The position numbers were made by a program, and so were the translations under genes. The notes under the pieces were generated by a model that had not been told where the DNA came from, made no database searches, and worked only from the letters and a program-made list of their open reading frames with translations. Below are positions 41,859 through 53,591 of a DNA stretch of 64,000 nucleotides, piece after piece. The stretch is from Chitinophaga pinensis. GTDB taxonomy: Bacteria; Bacteroidota; Bacteroidia; NS11-12g; UBA955. Numbering within the stretch: the stretch's first letter is position 1; the number at the start of each line of letters is the position of its first letter. The DNA lies in NCBI GenBank assembly GCA_945888525.1, contig CAMDAF010000001.1:160059-224058 (forward strand). Direction: 5' to 3'.

Positions 41859-44800
41859 ATGTCAACGATTAAAAAGAATCAAAAGATAAAAAGCAATTTC
41901 ACCAAAATCCGAATTGGTCTTGCTTCTCCTGAAAGTATTTTACAAAAATCTTTTGGTGAAGTAATCAAGCCGGAAACAATCAACTACCGTAGTTACAAAC
42001 CTGAAATGGGTGGATTATTCTGTGAAAGAATTTTCGGACCTATTAAAGACTACGAATGTCATTGTGGAAAATACAAACGTATCCGTTACAAAGGCATCGT
42101 TTGCGACCGCTGTGGTGTTGAGGTAACTGAGAAAAAGGTGAGACGCGAGAGAATGGGTCACATCAATTTGGTGGTGCCTGTTGCGCATATTTGGTATTTC
42201 CGCTCATTGCCAAATAAAATTGGCTATTTGTTGGGTCTAAGCAGTAAAAAATTAGATTTAGTAGTTTACTACGAAAGATACATTGTTATTCAAAGTGGTG
42301 AATATGAAGGAATCAACAGATTAGATTTGCTATCTGAAGAAGAATATCTAGATATTTTAGATAAACTTCCTAAGGAAAATCAATATTTAGATGATTCTGA
42401 TCCTAAAAAGTTTGTAGCCAAAATGGGTGCAGATGCATTATGGGAACTATTAACCAGTATTGATTTAGATGGTTTAAGTTACAGTTTGAGAAACCAAGCA
42501 GCAACAGAAACATCTCAACAACGTAAAGCTGAAGCATTGAAACGTTTGAAGGTAATTGAAAGTTTCAGATCGGCTAATAGAGAAGGAAACGTTAACCGTC
42601 CGGAATGGATGATTATGCGTATGCTTCCTGTTATTCCGCCAGAATTACGTCCGTTAGTTCCGCTTGAGGGTGGTCGTTTTGCGACATCAGACTTAAACGA
42701 TTTATACCGTCGCGTAATTATAAGAAACAACCGTTTGAAGCGTTTAATGGAAATTAAGGCTCCAGAGGTAATCTTGCGCAACGAAAAAAGGATGCTACAA
42801 GAGTCTGTTGATTCATTGTTAGACAACACAAGAAGATCGAGCGCCGTTAAATCTGATGGCAACAGACCATTAAAATCTTTAAGTGATATGCTTAAAGGTA
42901 AACAAGGTCGTTTCCGTTTAAATTTATTGGGTAAACGTGTTGACTATTCTGGTCGTTCAGTTATTGTCGTAGGACCTAAACTTAAATTAAGTGAGTGTGG
43001 TCTGCCAAAAGCGATGGCTGCAGAATTGTTCAAGCCATTTATTATCAGAAAACTGATAGAAAGAGGTGTTGTAAAAACGGTTAAGTCAGCTAAGAAAATA
43101 GTAGACAAAAAAGAACCAGTAATTTGGGAAATTCTTGAAAATATTTTGAAAGGTCATCCTGTTCTCCTTAACCGTGCTCCTACATTGCACAGATTGGGTA
43201 TACAAGCTTTCCAACCAAAACTAATTGAAGGAAAAGCAATTCAGTTGCACCCATTGACTTGTACTGGTTTTAACGCTGACTTTGATGGTGACCAAATGGC
43301 TGTTCACGTTCCACTTGGAAATGCAGCAATATTGGAAGCCCAATTGTTGATGTTAGCGCCACACAATATCTTGAACCCTGCAAATGGATCGCCAATTACA
43401 GTTCCATCTCAAGACATGGTGCTTGGTCTTTATTACATTACCAAGGGAAGAAAAAACACACCTCAAAAATTAGTTAAAGGTGAAGGTATTACGTTTTATT
43501 CTCCAGAGGAAGTAATCATTGCTTTAAATGAAGGAAAGGCAGACTTACACGCCCACATAAAATGTAAATTATTGGATAAAGATGGCAATGGCAATTTTAC
43601 TTACCAGTTAATTGAAACAACTGTTGGCCGTGTATTGTTTAACCAAGTTGTTCCAGAAGGTGTGGGATACATCAACCAATTGTTGACTAAGAAATCATTG
43701 CGTGATATCATCAGCAACTTTGTTAAAGAAGTTGGTGTTGCTAGAACCTCTAAATTCTTGGATGATATCAAAGACTTAGGTTTCCATTATGCATTTAAAG
43801 GTGGTTTATCGTTTAACTTAAACTATGTTCAAATACCTGATGCTAAAGAAAAACTAATCGATCAAGCTAGATCTGAAGTTGAAGAAATCAAATTCAATTA
43901 CGAGAATGGATTTATCACCAACAATGAACGTTACAACCAAGTAATCGATATTTGGACAAGAATTAACTCTCAAGTGGGTGAAATTCTATTAAAAGAATTG
44001 GCTGAAAACGACCAAGGATTTAATCCGATTTATATGATGCTTGACTCTGGTGCGAGGGGTTCTAAAGAACAAATTCGTCAGTTAGGTGGAATGAGGGGAT
44101 TGATGGCAAAACCACAAAAGAATATTGGTGGTGGTGTCGGTGAAATCATTGAAAATCCAATCTTATCAAACTTTAAAGAAGGTTTATCTGTATTAGAGTA
44201 TTTCATTTCTACCCACGGTGCGCGTAAGGGTCTTGCCGATACAGCGTTAAAAACTGCGGATGCTGGTTATTTGACTAGAAGATTGCATGATGTTGCTCAG
44301 GATGTAATTATCACTGAACACGATTGTGATACGCTAAGAGGATTGTCATTAACTGCTTTGAAAGACAACGATGATGTTGTAGAAAGTTTATACGAACGCA
44401 TATTAGGTAGAACTGGTTTATACGATACCTTCCATCCTGAAACTGGTGCTTTAATTGTTGCTGCAGGTTCTGAAATTACTGAAGAAGTTGCTAGAGAAAT
44501 AGAAAGTTCTGGTATTGAAGAAATGGAAATACGTTCAGTTTTAACTTGCGAAACCAAAAGTGGAGTTTGTTCTAGATGTTACGGACGTAACCTAACCAAC
44601 GGAAGAATGGTTCAAATCGGGGAGGCTGTGGGCGTAATTGCTGCACAATCAATCGGTGAGCCAGGTACACAGTTAACACTTCGTACTTTCCACGTGGGTG
44701 GTACTGCATCTAGTATTGCCGCTGAATCTCAAATCGTTTCTAGATTTGATGGAATAGTAAGTTTTGATGAGCTTAAAACGGTAACAACTGAAAAAACTGA

Positions 44801-46178
44801 CGAAGCATCTGGTTCAGCTCAAAAAGTTGAGTTAAACTTAAGCCGTAGTGCAGAGGTAAGAATTCTAGATCCTAAAAATAAAAATATCCTTATCACTTTC
44901 GTTGTTCCTTATGGTTCATTCGTATACTTGAAAGAAGGGGATAAAGTTAAAAAAGGAGATTTGATTTGTGCTTGGGATCCATACAACGCAGTTATCTTAT
45001 CTGACTTAGCTGGTAAAATTCAATATGACAATGTTATTGATGGTATCACATTCAGAGAAGAAAATGACGAAGTAACGGGTTATGGTGAAAAAGTAATTAT
45101 CGAAACTAAGGATAAAACCAAATCACCTTCAATTAAAATCATTGGCAAAGACAAAACAGTGCTAAAAGAAATCAGCTTACCAGTAGGTGCTCACATCTCG
45201 GTAAATGATGGAAAAGCTATTAGGGCAGGTGATATTATTGCCAAAATACCTAGGTCAGCCCGTGGAACTCGAGATATCACTGGTGGTCTTCCTCGTGTAA
45301 CAGAATTGTTTGAAGCTAGAAATCCATCAAATCCTGCTACAGTTTCAGAAATAGACGGGGTTGTAACCTATGGCGGTATCAAACGTGGTAACAGAGAAAT
45401 TACAGTTACAAGTAAAGATGGCGAATTAAAGCACTATATGATTCCATTGTCTAAACACATTTTCGTGCAAGACAATGATTATATTAAAGCTGGTGCTCCA
45501 CTTTCCGACGGTGCAATTACGCCTCAAGATATTCTAAGAATTCAAGGTCCAACTGCGGTTCAAAGATATATTTTGAATGGTATTCAAGAAGTTTACCGCC
45601 TTCAAGGTGTTAAGATCAATGACAAGCACATCGAAATTATCGTAAGACAAATGATGCAAAAGATGATCATAGAGCAGCCAGGTGATACCCAATTCTTAGA
45701 AAATGAAATTGTTGAAAAAAGAGAATTGTTTGAAGAAAACGATTGGATTTTTGATAGAAAAGTAGTTCTAGAAGCTGGAGACTCTGATAAGCTTAAAGTG
45801 GGTCAAATTGTTTCATTGCGTGAATTAAGAGAAGAAAATAGTTCTTTGAAACGCCAAGATAAAACCCAAGTATTTGTTAGAGACGCTGTTACAGCAACCG
45901 CCGACTCTGTGCTCCAAGGTATAACAAGAGCTTCATTGGCAACAAGAAGTTTCATGAGTGCTGCATCATTCCAAGAAACAACTAAAGTATTAAACGAAGC
46001 TGCAATTGCAGGTAAAGTAGACTTTATGCGTGGATTAAAAGAGAACGTTATCGTTGGTCATTTAATTCCTGCTGGAACAGGTATGAGAGCTTATGACAAC
46101 ATTGTTGTAGGTAGCAAAGAAGAATTTGAGCGCTTAATGGCTTCAAAAGAAGAAGGTGAAGTAGCAAGTTCTAACTAA
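41859..46178 (+). CDS. rpoC: RNA polymerase beta' subunit
   Basis: NADFDGD active site, zinc-finger cysteines, SAASFQET. Confidence 0.99.
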   Translation: MSTIKKNQKIKSNFTKIRIGLASPESILQKSFGEVIKPETINYRSYKPEMGGLFCERIFGPIKDYECHCGKYKRIRYKGIVCDRCGVEVTEKKVRRERMGHINLVVPVAHIWYFRSLPNKIGYLLGLSSKKLDLVVYYERYIVIQSGEYEGINRLDLLSEEEYLDILDKLPKENQYLDDSDPKKFVAKMGADALWELLTSIDLDGLSYSLRNQAATETSQQRKAEALKRLKVIESFRSANREGNVNRPEWMIMRMLPVIPPELRPLVPLEGGRFATSDLNDLYRRVIIRNNRLKRLMEIKAPEVILRNEKRMLQESVDSLLDNTRRSSAVKSDGNRPLKSLSDMLKGKQGRFRLNLLGKRVDYSGRSVIVVGPKLKLSECGLPKAMAAELFKPFIIRKLIERGVVKTVKSAKKIVDKKEPVIWEILENILKGHPVLLNRAPTLHRLGIQAFQPKLIEGKAIQLHPLTCTGFNADFDGDQMAVHVPLGNAAILEAQLLMLAPHNILNPANGSPITVPSQDMVLGLYYITKGRKNTPQKLVKGEGITFYSPEEVIIALNEGKADLHAHIKCKLLDKDGNGNFTYQLIETTVGRVLFNQVVPEGVGYINQLLTKKSLRDIISNFVKEVGVARTSKFLDDIKDLGFHYAFKGGLSFNLNYVQIPDAKEKLIDQARSEVEEIKFNYENGFITNNERYNQVIDIWTRINSQVGEILLKELAENDQGFNPIYMMLDSGARGSKEQIRQLGGMRGLMAKPQKNIGGGVGEIIENPILSNFKEGLSVLEYFISTHGARKGLADTALKTADAGYLTRRLHDVAQDVIITEHDCDTLRGLSLTALKDNDDVVESLYERILGRTGLYDTFHPETGALIVAAGSEITEEVAREIESSGIEEMEIRSVLTCETKSGVCSRCYGRNLTNGRMVQIGEAVGVIAAQSIGEPGTQLTLRTFHVGGTASSIAAESQIVSRFDGIVSFDELKTVTTEKTDEASGSAQKVELNLSRSAEVRILDPKNKNILITFVVPYGSFVYLKEGDKVKKGDLICAWDPYNAVILSDLAGKIQYDNVIDGITFREENDEVTGYGEKVIIETKDKTKSPSIKIIGKDKTVLKEISLPVGAHISVNDGKAIRAGDIIAKIPRSARGTRDITGGLPRVTELFEARNPSNPATVSEIDGVVTYGGIKRGNREITVTSKDGELKHYMIPLSKHIFVQDNDYIKAGAPLSDGAITPQDILRIQGPTAVQRYILNGIQEVYRLQGVKINDKHIEIIVRQMMQKMIIEQPGDTQFLENEIVEKRELFEENDWIFDRKVVLEAGDSDKLKVGQIVSLRELREENSSLKRQDKTQVFVRDAVTATADSVLQGITRASLATRSFMSAASFQETTKVLNEAAIAGKVDFMRGLKENVIVGHLIPAGTGMRAYDNIVVGSKEEFERLMASKEEGEVASSN

Positions 46179-46196
46179 GATTTAAATTTATAGATT

Positions 46197-46230
46197 AAAA
46201 AGCCTTAACAATTGTTAAGGCTTTTTTTTT
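46197..46230 (+). terminator. Intrinsic terminator after rpoC
   Basis: AAAAAGCCTTAAC-AATT-GTTAAGGC followed by T9. Confidence 0.9.
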
Positions 46231-46327
46231 GAATTAATTCCAAATCAGCAACTTAAATAAAAACCAAAATTTGACTTAAAGATTGCTGCTATATTTCAAT
46301 GATCTTTTTGTATTTTTGTTTAAAATT

Positions 46328-46717
46328 ATGCTGAAAACACCTTGTAAAGTTCTACTCTCTATACAAATGATAGAGGGTAATATTTGTGAAATTATTTTTA
46401 AGGACCATGTTCGTATCGAGCTTCAAGATATGGTTGAATCTTTTGATTTGGTCAATTCATTTACAAACCACAAGCCTGTAAAAAAAATAGTAATTACAGG
46501 TGAAAGAACAGAAATAAGCAAAGAAGCCAGACTTTTCGGGCATGAGGCAAGCCTAAAAATCAAACATAATATTATTGCAGAAGCAATTATTGTGCATTCA
46601 TTGTATCAAAAAATGGTAATTAATTTTTATTCAAAATTTATAAAAGACAATTATCCAACTCAGTTTTTTGTAGATACCGCAAAAGCCATGGATTGGCTTA
46701 AAAGTATACCTAATTGA
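46328..46717 (+). CDS. Hypothetical protein (STAS/SpoIIAA-like small domain)
   Basis: ISKEAR..., AEAIIV.S..QKMVINFY, PTQFF...AMDWL pattern. ATG 9 nt after a TATTTTTG box. Confidence 0.6.
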   Translation: MLKTPCKVLLSIQMIEGNICEIIFKDHVRIELQDMVESFDLVNSFTNHKPVKKIVITGERTEISKEARLFGHEASLKIKHNIIAEAIIVHSLYQKMVINFYSKFIKDNYPTQFFVDTAKAMDWLKSIPN

Positions 46718-46773
46718 TGCTACAATGTTTGGTAATGAAGTGAATTCAAGCTATTTTCGCATCATTAATTAAT

Positions 46774-47337
46774 ATGGCAACAGCATCAGATTTATCAGTA
46801 GGACAATTTATTCGTCATAACGGCGAATTGGTACAAATTATCGAATACATTCACCGTACACCAGGTAACTTAAGGGCATTTTATCAAGGTAAAATGAAAA
46901 ATGTAAAGACTGGAAAATCTGTAGAAAACAGATTCAATCCTGGCGAAAAAGTAGACATTGTTAGAGTGGAAATAAGAGAATTGTCCTACCTATATAAAGA
47001 AGGAAATTCATTGGTTTGTATGGACAATGAATCTTTTGAGCAATATAATATAGCAGAAACTTATTTTGGTGATGCAGCGCCTTTCATGATAGAGGGTATG
47101 ACTGTATTGGTTTCATTTGAAGAAGGCGATAATCCAATTGGCGGAACCCCACCAACACATGTTGAACTTGAAGTTACCTACACCGAACCTGGGGTTCGGG
47201 GTGATACTGCAACAAATACACTTAAACCTGCAACCGTTTCAACTGGCGCTAGTTTGATGGTTCCTTTATTCGTAGATATGGGTGACAAAATCAAAATTGA
47301 TTTACGCACAATTCAATATGTTGAAAGAGTAAAATAA
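46774..47337 (+). CDS. efp: Elongation factor P
   Basis: HRTPGNLRAF loop, TEPGVRGDTA, VPLFV..GDKIKID. Confidence 0.96.
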   Translation: MATASDLSVGQFIRHNGELVQIIEYIHRTPGNLRAFYQGKMKNVKTGKSVENRFNPGEKVDIVRVEIRELSYLYKEGNSLVCMDNESFEQYNIAETYFGDAAPFMIEGMTVLVSFEEGDNPIGGTPPTHVELEVTYTEPGVRGDTATNTLKPATVSTGASLMVPLFVDMGDKIKIDLRTIQYVERVK

Positions 47338-47357
47338 TTTCATTCAAGAACATTTTT

Positions 47358-47396
47358 AAATAACTGAATAAAATTTTTATTCAGTTATTTTATTTT
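47358..47396 (+). terminator. AT-rich hairpin after efp
   Basis: AAATAACTGAATAAA...TTTATTCAGTTATTT. Confidence 0.55.
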
Positions 47397-47413
47397 AGAA
47401 CCTAACATATATT

Positions 47414-48310
47414 TTGAAACAAATTTATAACACAGAGAATAACTTTTTAGGCATTGATGATTCAACGCTTTATAACTATGAAACTAGTAAAGTTGTTATA
47501 CAATCGGCTCCTTACGAATATACTTCTTCTTATCTTCAAGGCAGTGACTTAGGACCTGCGGCGATAATTGAAGCAAGTCATTTTGTAGAGTTTTTTGACG
47601 AAGAAACAGCGCAAGAGGCATACAAAAAAGTTGGAATTGCAACCTTGCATCCAATGGATTTTGAAGGCAAATACAATCAAGACGCCATCGACTTAATCGA
47701 AAGTGAAACACTTGAACACCTTAACAACAATAAATTCGTTATTTCATTGGGTGCAGAGCATACGGTTAGTTTGGGTTTTGTAAAAGCATTTCAACAAAAA
47801 TTCACCGATTTTTCTGTTCTACAAATTGATGCTCACAGCGACCTTAGGTCTGCTTACAATGACAATCCATACTCCCACGCGAGTGTTTTGGCAAGAATAC
47901 ATGATTTAAACATTCCTATATGCCAAGTTGGAATAAGAGCCCAATGCAAAGAGGAGTATGATTTGATTCAATCTTCAGAAAACATTCATACTTGGTATGC
48001 TCACATGATTCAAGAAAATGATGCTTGGATGGATGAGTGCATTGATAAATTGAATGATAAAGTATACGTAACCATTGATGCGGATGGATTTGATCCGTCT
48101 GTGATGCCTGCTGTTGGAACAGCTGAACCAGGTGGTTTAATGTGGCACCAAGGTTTAAAGTTTCTAAGAAAAGTAGCTGAGAAAAAACAAATTATTGGAT
48201 TTGATATCGTGGAATGTGCACCTAAGGAGGGAGAGATATTAACCCAATTTAACTTGGCTAAATTGTTGTATAAATTATTGGGTTATTGCTGCCATTACAA
48301 TAAGGTATAA
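47414..48310 (+). CDS. speB: Agmatinase (ureohydrolase)
   Basis: GAEHTVS, DAHSDLR, TIDADGFDPS..P.VGTAEPGG. Confidence 0.88.
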   Translation: MKQIYNTENNFLGIDDSTLYNYETSKVVIQSAPYEYTSSYLQGSDLGPAAIIEASHFVEFFDEETAQEAYKKVGIATLHPMDFEGKYNQDAIDLIESETLEHLNNNKFVISLGAEHTVSLGFVKAFQQKFTDFSVLQIDAHSDLRSAYNDNPYSHASVLARIHDLNIPICQVGIRAQCKEEYDLIQSSENIHTWYAHMIQENDAWMDECIDKLNDKVYVTIDADGFDPSVMPAVGTAEPGGLMWHQGLKFLRKVAEKKQIIGFDIVECAPKEGEILTQFNLAKLLYKLLGYCCHYNKV

Positions 48311-48312
48311 TC

Positions 48313-49449
48313 ATGAAAGTTTATTTTGACCATGCTGCGACAACCCCATTAGACAATGAAGTTTATGAAGCAATTTTGCCTGTATTGAAAAATGATTTTG
48401 GCAATCCTTCATCTTCTCATGCATTTGGCCGCAAAGTAAAAGCCCATTTGGAAATTAGCAGAAGAACGATCGCTAAACTTCTTAATGTAACACCTTCTGA
48501 AATTATTTTTACTTCTGGAGGAACAGAAGCCGATAACATGGCAATAAGGGGAAGTGTCGATATTTTAAATGTTAAAAATATAATAACATCTCCAATCGAA
48601 CACCATGCAGTGCTTCATACCATTGAAGAATTGGCCAATGCAAATAAAGTGAAAATGCATTTGCTGGAACCGCTTTCAAATGGACATCTTGATTTATCGC
48701 AGTTGGAATCATTGTTAAAATCAAATTCCGATGTCTTGGTTTCATTAATGCACGGAAACAATGAAGTTGGGAATTTGCTTGACATCGAATTGGTAAGTAA
48801 ATTGTGCCGACAATACAATGCTCTTTTTCATTGCGATACAGTGCAAACAATGTCCCATTACCCATTTGATTTTCAAAAAATCGATTTGGATTTTGCAGTT
48901 GGTGCAGCCCATAAGTTTAATGGCCCTAAGGGTGTTGGTTTTTTATACTATAACAAACGCAACCGTGTCAAACCTCTAATTACTGGGGGCTCTCAAGAGC
49001 GTGAACTAAGAGCTGGTACTGAAAATGTATACGGCATTGTGGGTTTGGCTAAAGCCATGGAAATTTCATACCGCGATTTGGAAAAAAAACAAAAACACAT
49101 TTCTTCATTAAAAAGCTATTTTATTGATCGAGTTAAATCCGATTTTCCTAAAATTAAATTCAATGGCGACCCTGAGGGATTGAGTTTGTATACCGTTTTA
49201 AGTTTGGCTTTTCCACCTGAATTGGCAAGTGATATACTTTTGTTTAGCTTTGATTTAAATGGTATAGCCGTGTCTGGAGGAAGTGCTTGTAGTGCTGGCA
49301 GCAATGCAGGTTCACATGTCATAAGAGCGATTGGTCAGAACCTCGACCATGCGCCTGTCCGATTCTCTTTCGGTAAATCGAATACATTTGAAGAAGTTGA
49401 TTATGCTTTGAATTATATTAAACAGTTGTTTGATAATGTAAAATCTTAA
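48313..49449 (+). CDS. iscS: Cysteine desulfurase (IscS/NifS family)
   Basis: YFDHAATT, FTSGGTEADN, AHKFNGPKG, VSGGSACS. Confidence 0.9.
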   Translation: MKVYFDHAATTPLDNEVYEAILPVLKNDFGNPSSSHAFGRKVKAHLEISRRTIAKLLNVTPSEIIFTSGGTEADNMAIRGSVDILNVKNIITSPIEHHAVLHTIEELANANKVKMHLLEPLSNGHLDLSQLESLLKSNSDVLVSLMHGNNEVGNLLDIELVSKLCRQYNALFHCDTVQTMSHYPFDFQKIDLDFAVGAAHKFNGPKGVGFLYYNKRNRVKPLITGGSQERELRAGTENVYGIVGLAKAMEISYRDLEKKQKHISSLKSYFIDRVKSDFPKIKFNGDPEGLSLYTVLSLAFPPELASDILLFSFDLNGIAVSGGSACSAGSNAGSHVIRAIGQNLDHAPVRFSFGKSNTFEEVDYALNYIKQLFDNVKS

Positions 49450-49451
49450 AA

Positions 49452-50141
49452 TTGACCAAGAAGATAAATATAGCAATTGACGGTTATTCAAGTTGCGGCA
49501 AAGGCACCTTGGCTAAGTTTTTAGCAAAATCGCTTAATTATATTTTTATAGACAGTGGTGCGATGTACAGAGCAGTTACTTTTGCAATGATTCAAGCGGG
49601 TATTGGTTTTGACAATGCAATTGAATTAGAAGCCTTGTTGCCTAAACTAAAAATCACATTCAAACACATTCCTGAGGATGATTTTTACCATACCATACTG
49701 AATGGTGAAGACATAGAAACTGAAATTAGAAGTATGGCAGTTTCCAATATGGTGAGCCCTGTAAGTAAAATTCAATTGGTAAGGGATTTTTTAGTGAAGC
49801 AACAACAAGAAATTGGATTAAATAAAGGCGTGGTAATGGATGGCAGAGACATTGGAACCGTTGTTTTTCCTGATGCTGAACTTAAAATCTTTATGACTGC
49901 AAAGGCAGAAATTAGGGCACACAGAAGATTAAATGAATTGAGAGAAAATGGGAATCTTGCAATTTCTTACGAGGAGGTTTTGAAGAATTTAAATGACCGT
50001 GATTACAGCGATTCAAATAGGGTTAACAGCCCTCTTTTAAAAGCAGAGAGCGCAGTAATTATAGACAATTCAGAACTTAGTAAATCAGAGCAAAACGAAT
50101 TGGCCTTGGCTATTGCCAACAAAACAATTTCGACTATTTAA
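49452..50141 (+). CDS. cmk: Cytidylate kinase
   Basis: IAIDGYSSCGKGT, DSGAMYR, DGRDIGTVVFPDA. Confidence 0.97.
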   Translation: MTKKINIAIDGYSSCGKGTLAKFLAKSLNYIFIDSGAMYRAVTFAMIQAGIGFDNAIELEALLPKLKITFKHIPEDDFYHTILNGEDIETEIRSMAVSNMVSPVSKIQLVRDFLVKQQQEIGLNKGVVMDGRDIGTVVFPDAELKIFMTAKAEIRAHRRLNELRENGNLAISYEEVLKNLNDRDYSDSNRVNSPLLKAESAVIIDNSELSKSEQNELALAIANKTISTI

Positions 50142-50142
50142 A

Positions 50143-50736
50143 TTACATTTTACTGTAACGTTTTACGTAATAGGTTTTATTGTTTTTCTCCTTGCGGATA
50201 ACTAAACCAATATTTTTGGCAAAATAAATTTCCTTGTATTTAATGTTGTTGTAAAGTTTTACGCGAACAACATCCTCATAGATGGTCGAATTGATTTGAT
50301 AAGTTGGATATTGAAAAACAGAATCACCGCTGCCCAAACTTGGTGCAAATTCCCCGCCTAAATTGAAAACAATAGGTCCAATAACCGAAGAATCATTCTT
50401 TTTAGTGATCAAGGCAATTTGGTCTTTAAATTGAGTCCCGCCAGATTGACAGCGCATGGTAAGTGTAGCTTGATTCGATGCATTCAAATCATAAAATAAA
50501 ATTTCAGTGTTTTCAATATCAGGATTCGACCTGCCATTGGTATAGTTACTAGAAGTATATTCGATGTTGAGGTTGGTGTCGCTCAATTCAGTGAAAATAA
50601 ATTTTGAATTGTTTTTAACCTCGAAGTATGCTTTGGTAGAAGAATCAAGGTCGTGTTGCTGTTGATCCTGAGGTTGGCAAGAAAAAAATATGCTTAACCC
50701 AAAAATATTCAAAATAAAATAGTTGATTGCTTTCAT
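50143..50736 (-). CDS. Hypothetical lipoprotein
   Basis: Lipobox FFSC; C-terminal YFAKNIGLV motif common in Bacteroidota lipoproteins. Confidence 0.7.
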   Translation of the reverse strand: MKAINYFILNIFGLSIFFSCQPQDQQQHDLDSSTKAYFEVKNNSKFIFTELSDTNLNIEYTSSNYTNGRSNPDIENTEILFYDLNASNQATLTMRCQSGGTQFKDQIALITKKNDSSVIGPIVFNLGGEFAPSLGSGDSVFQYPTYQINSTIYEDVVRVKLYNNIKYKEIYFAKNIGLVIRKEKNNKTYYVKRYSKM

Positions 50737-50798
50737 TTAATAGTGCAAATTTGAGGAATTATTTTGTATCCATAAAATAACAGATAAACACAAGGTAT

Positions 50799-51983
50799 AT
50801 GAAAGCAAGAATTAAATCGTTAGCTAAGGAAATAAAATCAGAAGTAATTGGCATTAGGCAAAGCATCCACAGCAATCCGGAATTGTCTTTCCAAGAAGAA
50901 AACACAGCAAAATTGGTGGAAAACTATTTGCAAAGTTTGGGTCTTGAGACCCACAGAATTTCAGGAACTGGCGTTTGGGCAATGATTCAAGGTGGATTGG
51001 GGGAGGGCAAAACCATTGCATTGCGTGCTGATTTGGATGCTTTGCCAATACAAGAGTTAAGTAACAAGCCTTATGCCTCAAAAAACAATGGGATAATGCA
51101 TGCATGCGGTCACGATGTGCATACCAGTTCTTTGTTGGGAGCGGCCAAAATCCTAAACAGTCTAAGGGCTGAATTTAAAGGGGCCATAAAACTTGTTTTT
51201 CAGCCTGGTGAAGAAAAATTACCTGGTGGTGCAAGTCTTTTAATTAAAGAAGGTATTCTTGAAAATCCTAAAGTCGACGCTATAATAGGTCAACATGTAA
51301 TGCCTTTTCTTAACACCGGTAATGTTGGTTTCAGAAAAGGTCTATATATGGCAAGCACCGATGAAATATACATAACTATAAACGGTAAAGGGGGGCATGG
51401 TGCGATGCCTCATCTTTGTGTTGATCCAGTTGCTACCGCAGCTCAAGTGATTGTCTCTTTGCAACAAATAGTGAGCAGAAAGGCCAAACCAATTTTGCCA
51501 ACAGTATTAAGTTTTGGTAAAATTAATTCAAACGGAGGAGCAACCAATGTTATTCCAAATTCAGTGTCATTTGAAGGCACATTAAGGACTTTAGATGAAG
51601 AATGGAGGGGTCAGGCTAAGGTGCTAATAGAAAAGATTGTCAACAGCACAGCAGAAGCTTTTGGTGCCACGGCAGAAATAAGAATAGAACACGGTTATCC
51701 ATATTTGAAAAATGATGAACATTTTACCGCTGCGCTTTGGCAATTTGCAAATGATTACATGGGCGCTGAACATGTTGAATCCTTAGACATTTGGATGGCT
51801 GCAGAGGATTTTGCCTATTATAGTCAAGTTGTTCCTGCTTGCTTTTACCGATTAGGAACCAGAAATGAAGGTAAAGGCATTGTTTCTTCGGTGCACACCA
51901 ATACTTTTGATATTGATGAAAATGCGCTTGAAGATGGGTGTGGCCTTTTGGCATTTCTAGCTGTTTCGGCATTGAATAATTAA
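50799..51983 (+). CDS. M20D family amidohydrolase
   Basis: PELSFQE, LRADLDALP, MHACGHD, FQPGEE, EDFAYY. Confidence 0.93.
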   Translation: MKARIKSLAKEIKSEVIGIRQSIHSNPELSFQEENTAKLVENYLQSLGLETHRISGTGVWAMIQGGLGEGKTIALRADLDALPIQELSNKPYASKNNGIMHACGHDVHTSSLLGAAKILNSLRAEFKGAIKLVFQPGEEKLPGGASLLIKEGILENPKVDAIIGQHVMPFLNTGNVGFRKGLYMASTDEIYITINGKGGHGAMPHLCVDPVATAAQVIVSLQQIVSRKAKPILPTVLSFGKINSNGGATNVIPNSVSFEGTLRTLDEEWRGQAKVLIEKIVNSTAEAFGATAEIRIEHGYPYLKNDEHFTAALWQFANDYMGAEHVESLDIWMAAEDFAYYSQVVPACFYRLGTRNEGKGIVSSVHTNTFDIDENALEDGCGLLAFLAVSALNN

Positions 51984-52073
51984 TTTGATTTGCCCTTTAT
52001 AATGGAAATAAGGCCTTCGCTTGGTGGATATTTACAGTAATGCAGTCGGTTGTTTTTAATTAAATTTGTTTCA

Positions 52074-53141
52074 ATGAAATCTATTGCGATTATTACCGGA
52101 GGCAAATCACCTGAACACGACGTGGCAATTGTGTCTTCTCGAAATATTTTCAAAGCCCTCGACCACAACAAATACCATGTTAGTGTAATCGGTATTTCCA
52201 GAAAAGGAGAATGGTTTCATTTGCCAGAAGATGCTTTATTTGAGGAAGGTATTGAAATAGGGGCATCTGAACAGCATTTTCCTCTGTGTTTATTGCCCTT
52301 TGATGATCAACCAATAAGACACAAAGACAATATTGATATTGCAGTGTCTGTAGATGTGTTTTTTCCAATTGCTCATGGTGTTTATGGAGAAGATGGTTTA
52401 TTACAAGGTGTTCTCGAATACCTAAACCGTCCTTATGTTGGTCCGGGTGTTTTAGGTTCATCTATTGGCATGGATAAAGATGTGACCAAATTACTTTTGC
52501 AGCAAAATGGCATTCTGGTGACTCCATGGCAAACGTATTTCAAAGGAGATGAAATCAACTTTACAGAACTTGAAAAATTAGGTTATCCGTTATTCGTGAA
52601 ACCTGCCAATATGGGCAGTGGTGTTGGGGTTGAAAAGGCTAGTAATATTGATGAATTAAAACATGCCATCAAAATCGCTTTCGATTATGATATTAAGATT
52701 TTAATTGAAAAAGGAATTTCTGGTAGAGAAGTTGAAACTGCTGTATTGGGTAACTTAAAACCAGAAGCAAGTGGAGTAGGGGAAATCGTTGTAAATAGTG
52801 GCTTCTATACCTATGAAAACAAATATGTAAACAACGAAACAAAAGTCATTATCCCAGCTGAAAACTTAAATGAGGCTGCCGTTCAATTAATTCGCAGCAC
52901 AGCCTTGAAGGCCTATAGATGTTTACAATTAGAGGGTATGAGTAGGGTAGACTTCTTTTATGTGAGTGACAATGAATTCTATCTAAATGAAGTGAATACC
53001 TTGCCAGGATTTACCAATATAAGCATGTATCCAAAATTATGGGAAGCAGCAGGGTTATCTTATTCTAACTTACTAAGTAAATTGGTAGAAACCGCTGAGG
53101 AAAGATTTAATTTAAGAAATGAATTAAGAAGGGTTAGATAG
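52074..53141 (+). CDS. ddl: D-alanine--D-alanine ligase
   Basis: GGKSPEHDV, HGVYGEDG, MDK, FYTYENKY, NEVNTLPGFT. Start at MKSIAII. Confidence 0.95.
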   Translation: MKSIAIITGGKSPEHDVAIVSSRNIFKALDHNKYHVSVIGISRKGEWFHLPEDALFEEGIEIGASEQHFPLCLLPFDDQPIRHKDNIDIAVSVDVFFPIAHGVYGEDGLLQGVLEYLNRPYVGPGVLGSSIGMDKDVTKLLLQQNGILVTPWQTYFKGDEINFTELEKLGYPLFVKPANMGSGVGVEKASNIDELKHAIKIAFDYDIKILIEKGISGREVETAVLGNLKPEASGVGEIVVNSGFYTYENKYVNNETKVIIPAENLNEAAVQLIRSTALKAYRCLQLEGMSRVDFFYVSDNEFYLNEVNTLPGFTNISMYPKLWEAAGLSYSNLLSKLVETAEERFNLRNELRRVR

Positions 53142-53147
53142 AAATAT

Positions 53148-53591
53148 CTACCAAGTATGGTCGACTATAATCTTCCAATCAGTCTCAACTTTTTTAAATA
53201 ACAAAGAGAAAAAACCGCTCGTATTATTGGTGCCTGTAATTTTCCATTGCCCAGTTACATTGGCAATTTTGTCGTTACCTGATATTTGGGTGAACACTAA
53301 AGAGTCAAAACTTAAATGCCCCATTTTTTCAATGCTGTTGTAGTTTTTTAGATAATTAGATTCAACAGATTTATAACTGAAGCGAACGCCCTTTCTGCCA
53401 ATGAATCTCAATGAGTCTGAATTCCAATAACCTTTCATGAAAGTTTTTATATCGCCTTTGTTCCAGGCACCCACTTGGCTATCCAAAACGACTTTAATGG
53501 ATTTGAAATCCTCTGCGGATAAATTTGTATTTACCTTTTTAGTGCAAGCAAATGAAAATAGAAGCAATGTCGTTATAAATAAAAACCTCAT
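53148..53591 (-). CDS. NTF2-like/DUF4440 lipoprotein
   Basis: Lipobox SFAC; AWNKGD..FM.GYWNSDSL, WKIIVDH. Confidence 0.85.
   Translation of the reverse strand: MRFLFITTLLLFSFACTKKVNTNLSAEDFKSIKVVLDSQVGAWNKGDIKTFMKGYWNSDSLRFIGRKGVRFSYKSVESNYLKNYNSIEKMGHLSFDSLVFTQISGNDKIANVTGQWKITGTNNTSGFFSLLFKKVETDWKIIVDHTW

Noticed and set aside
52074-53141. Van-type D-Ala-D-Lac ligase
   Set aside because: The omega loop FYTYENKY keeps the Tyr of D-Ala-D-Ala ligases, and no vanH/vanX neighbours are present.
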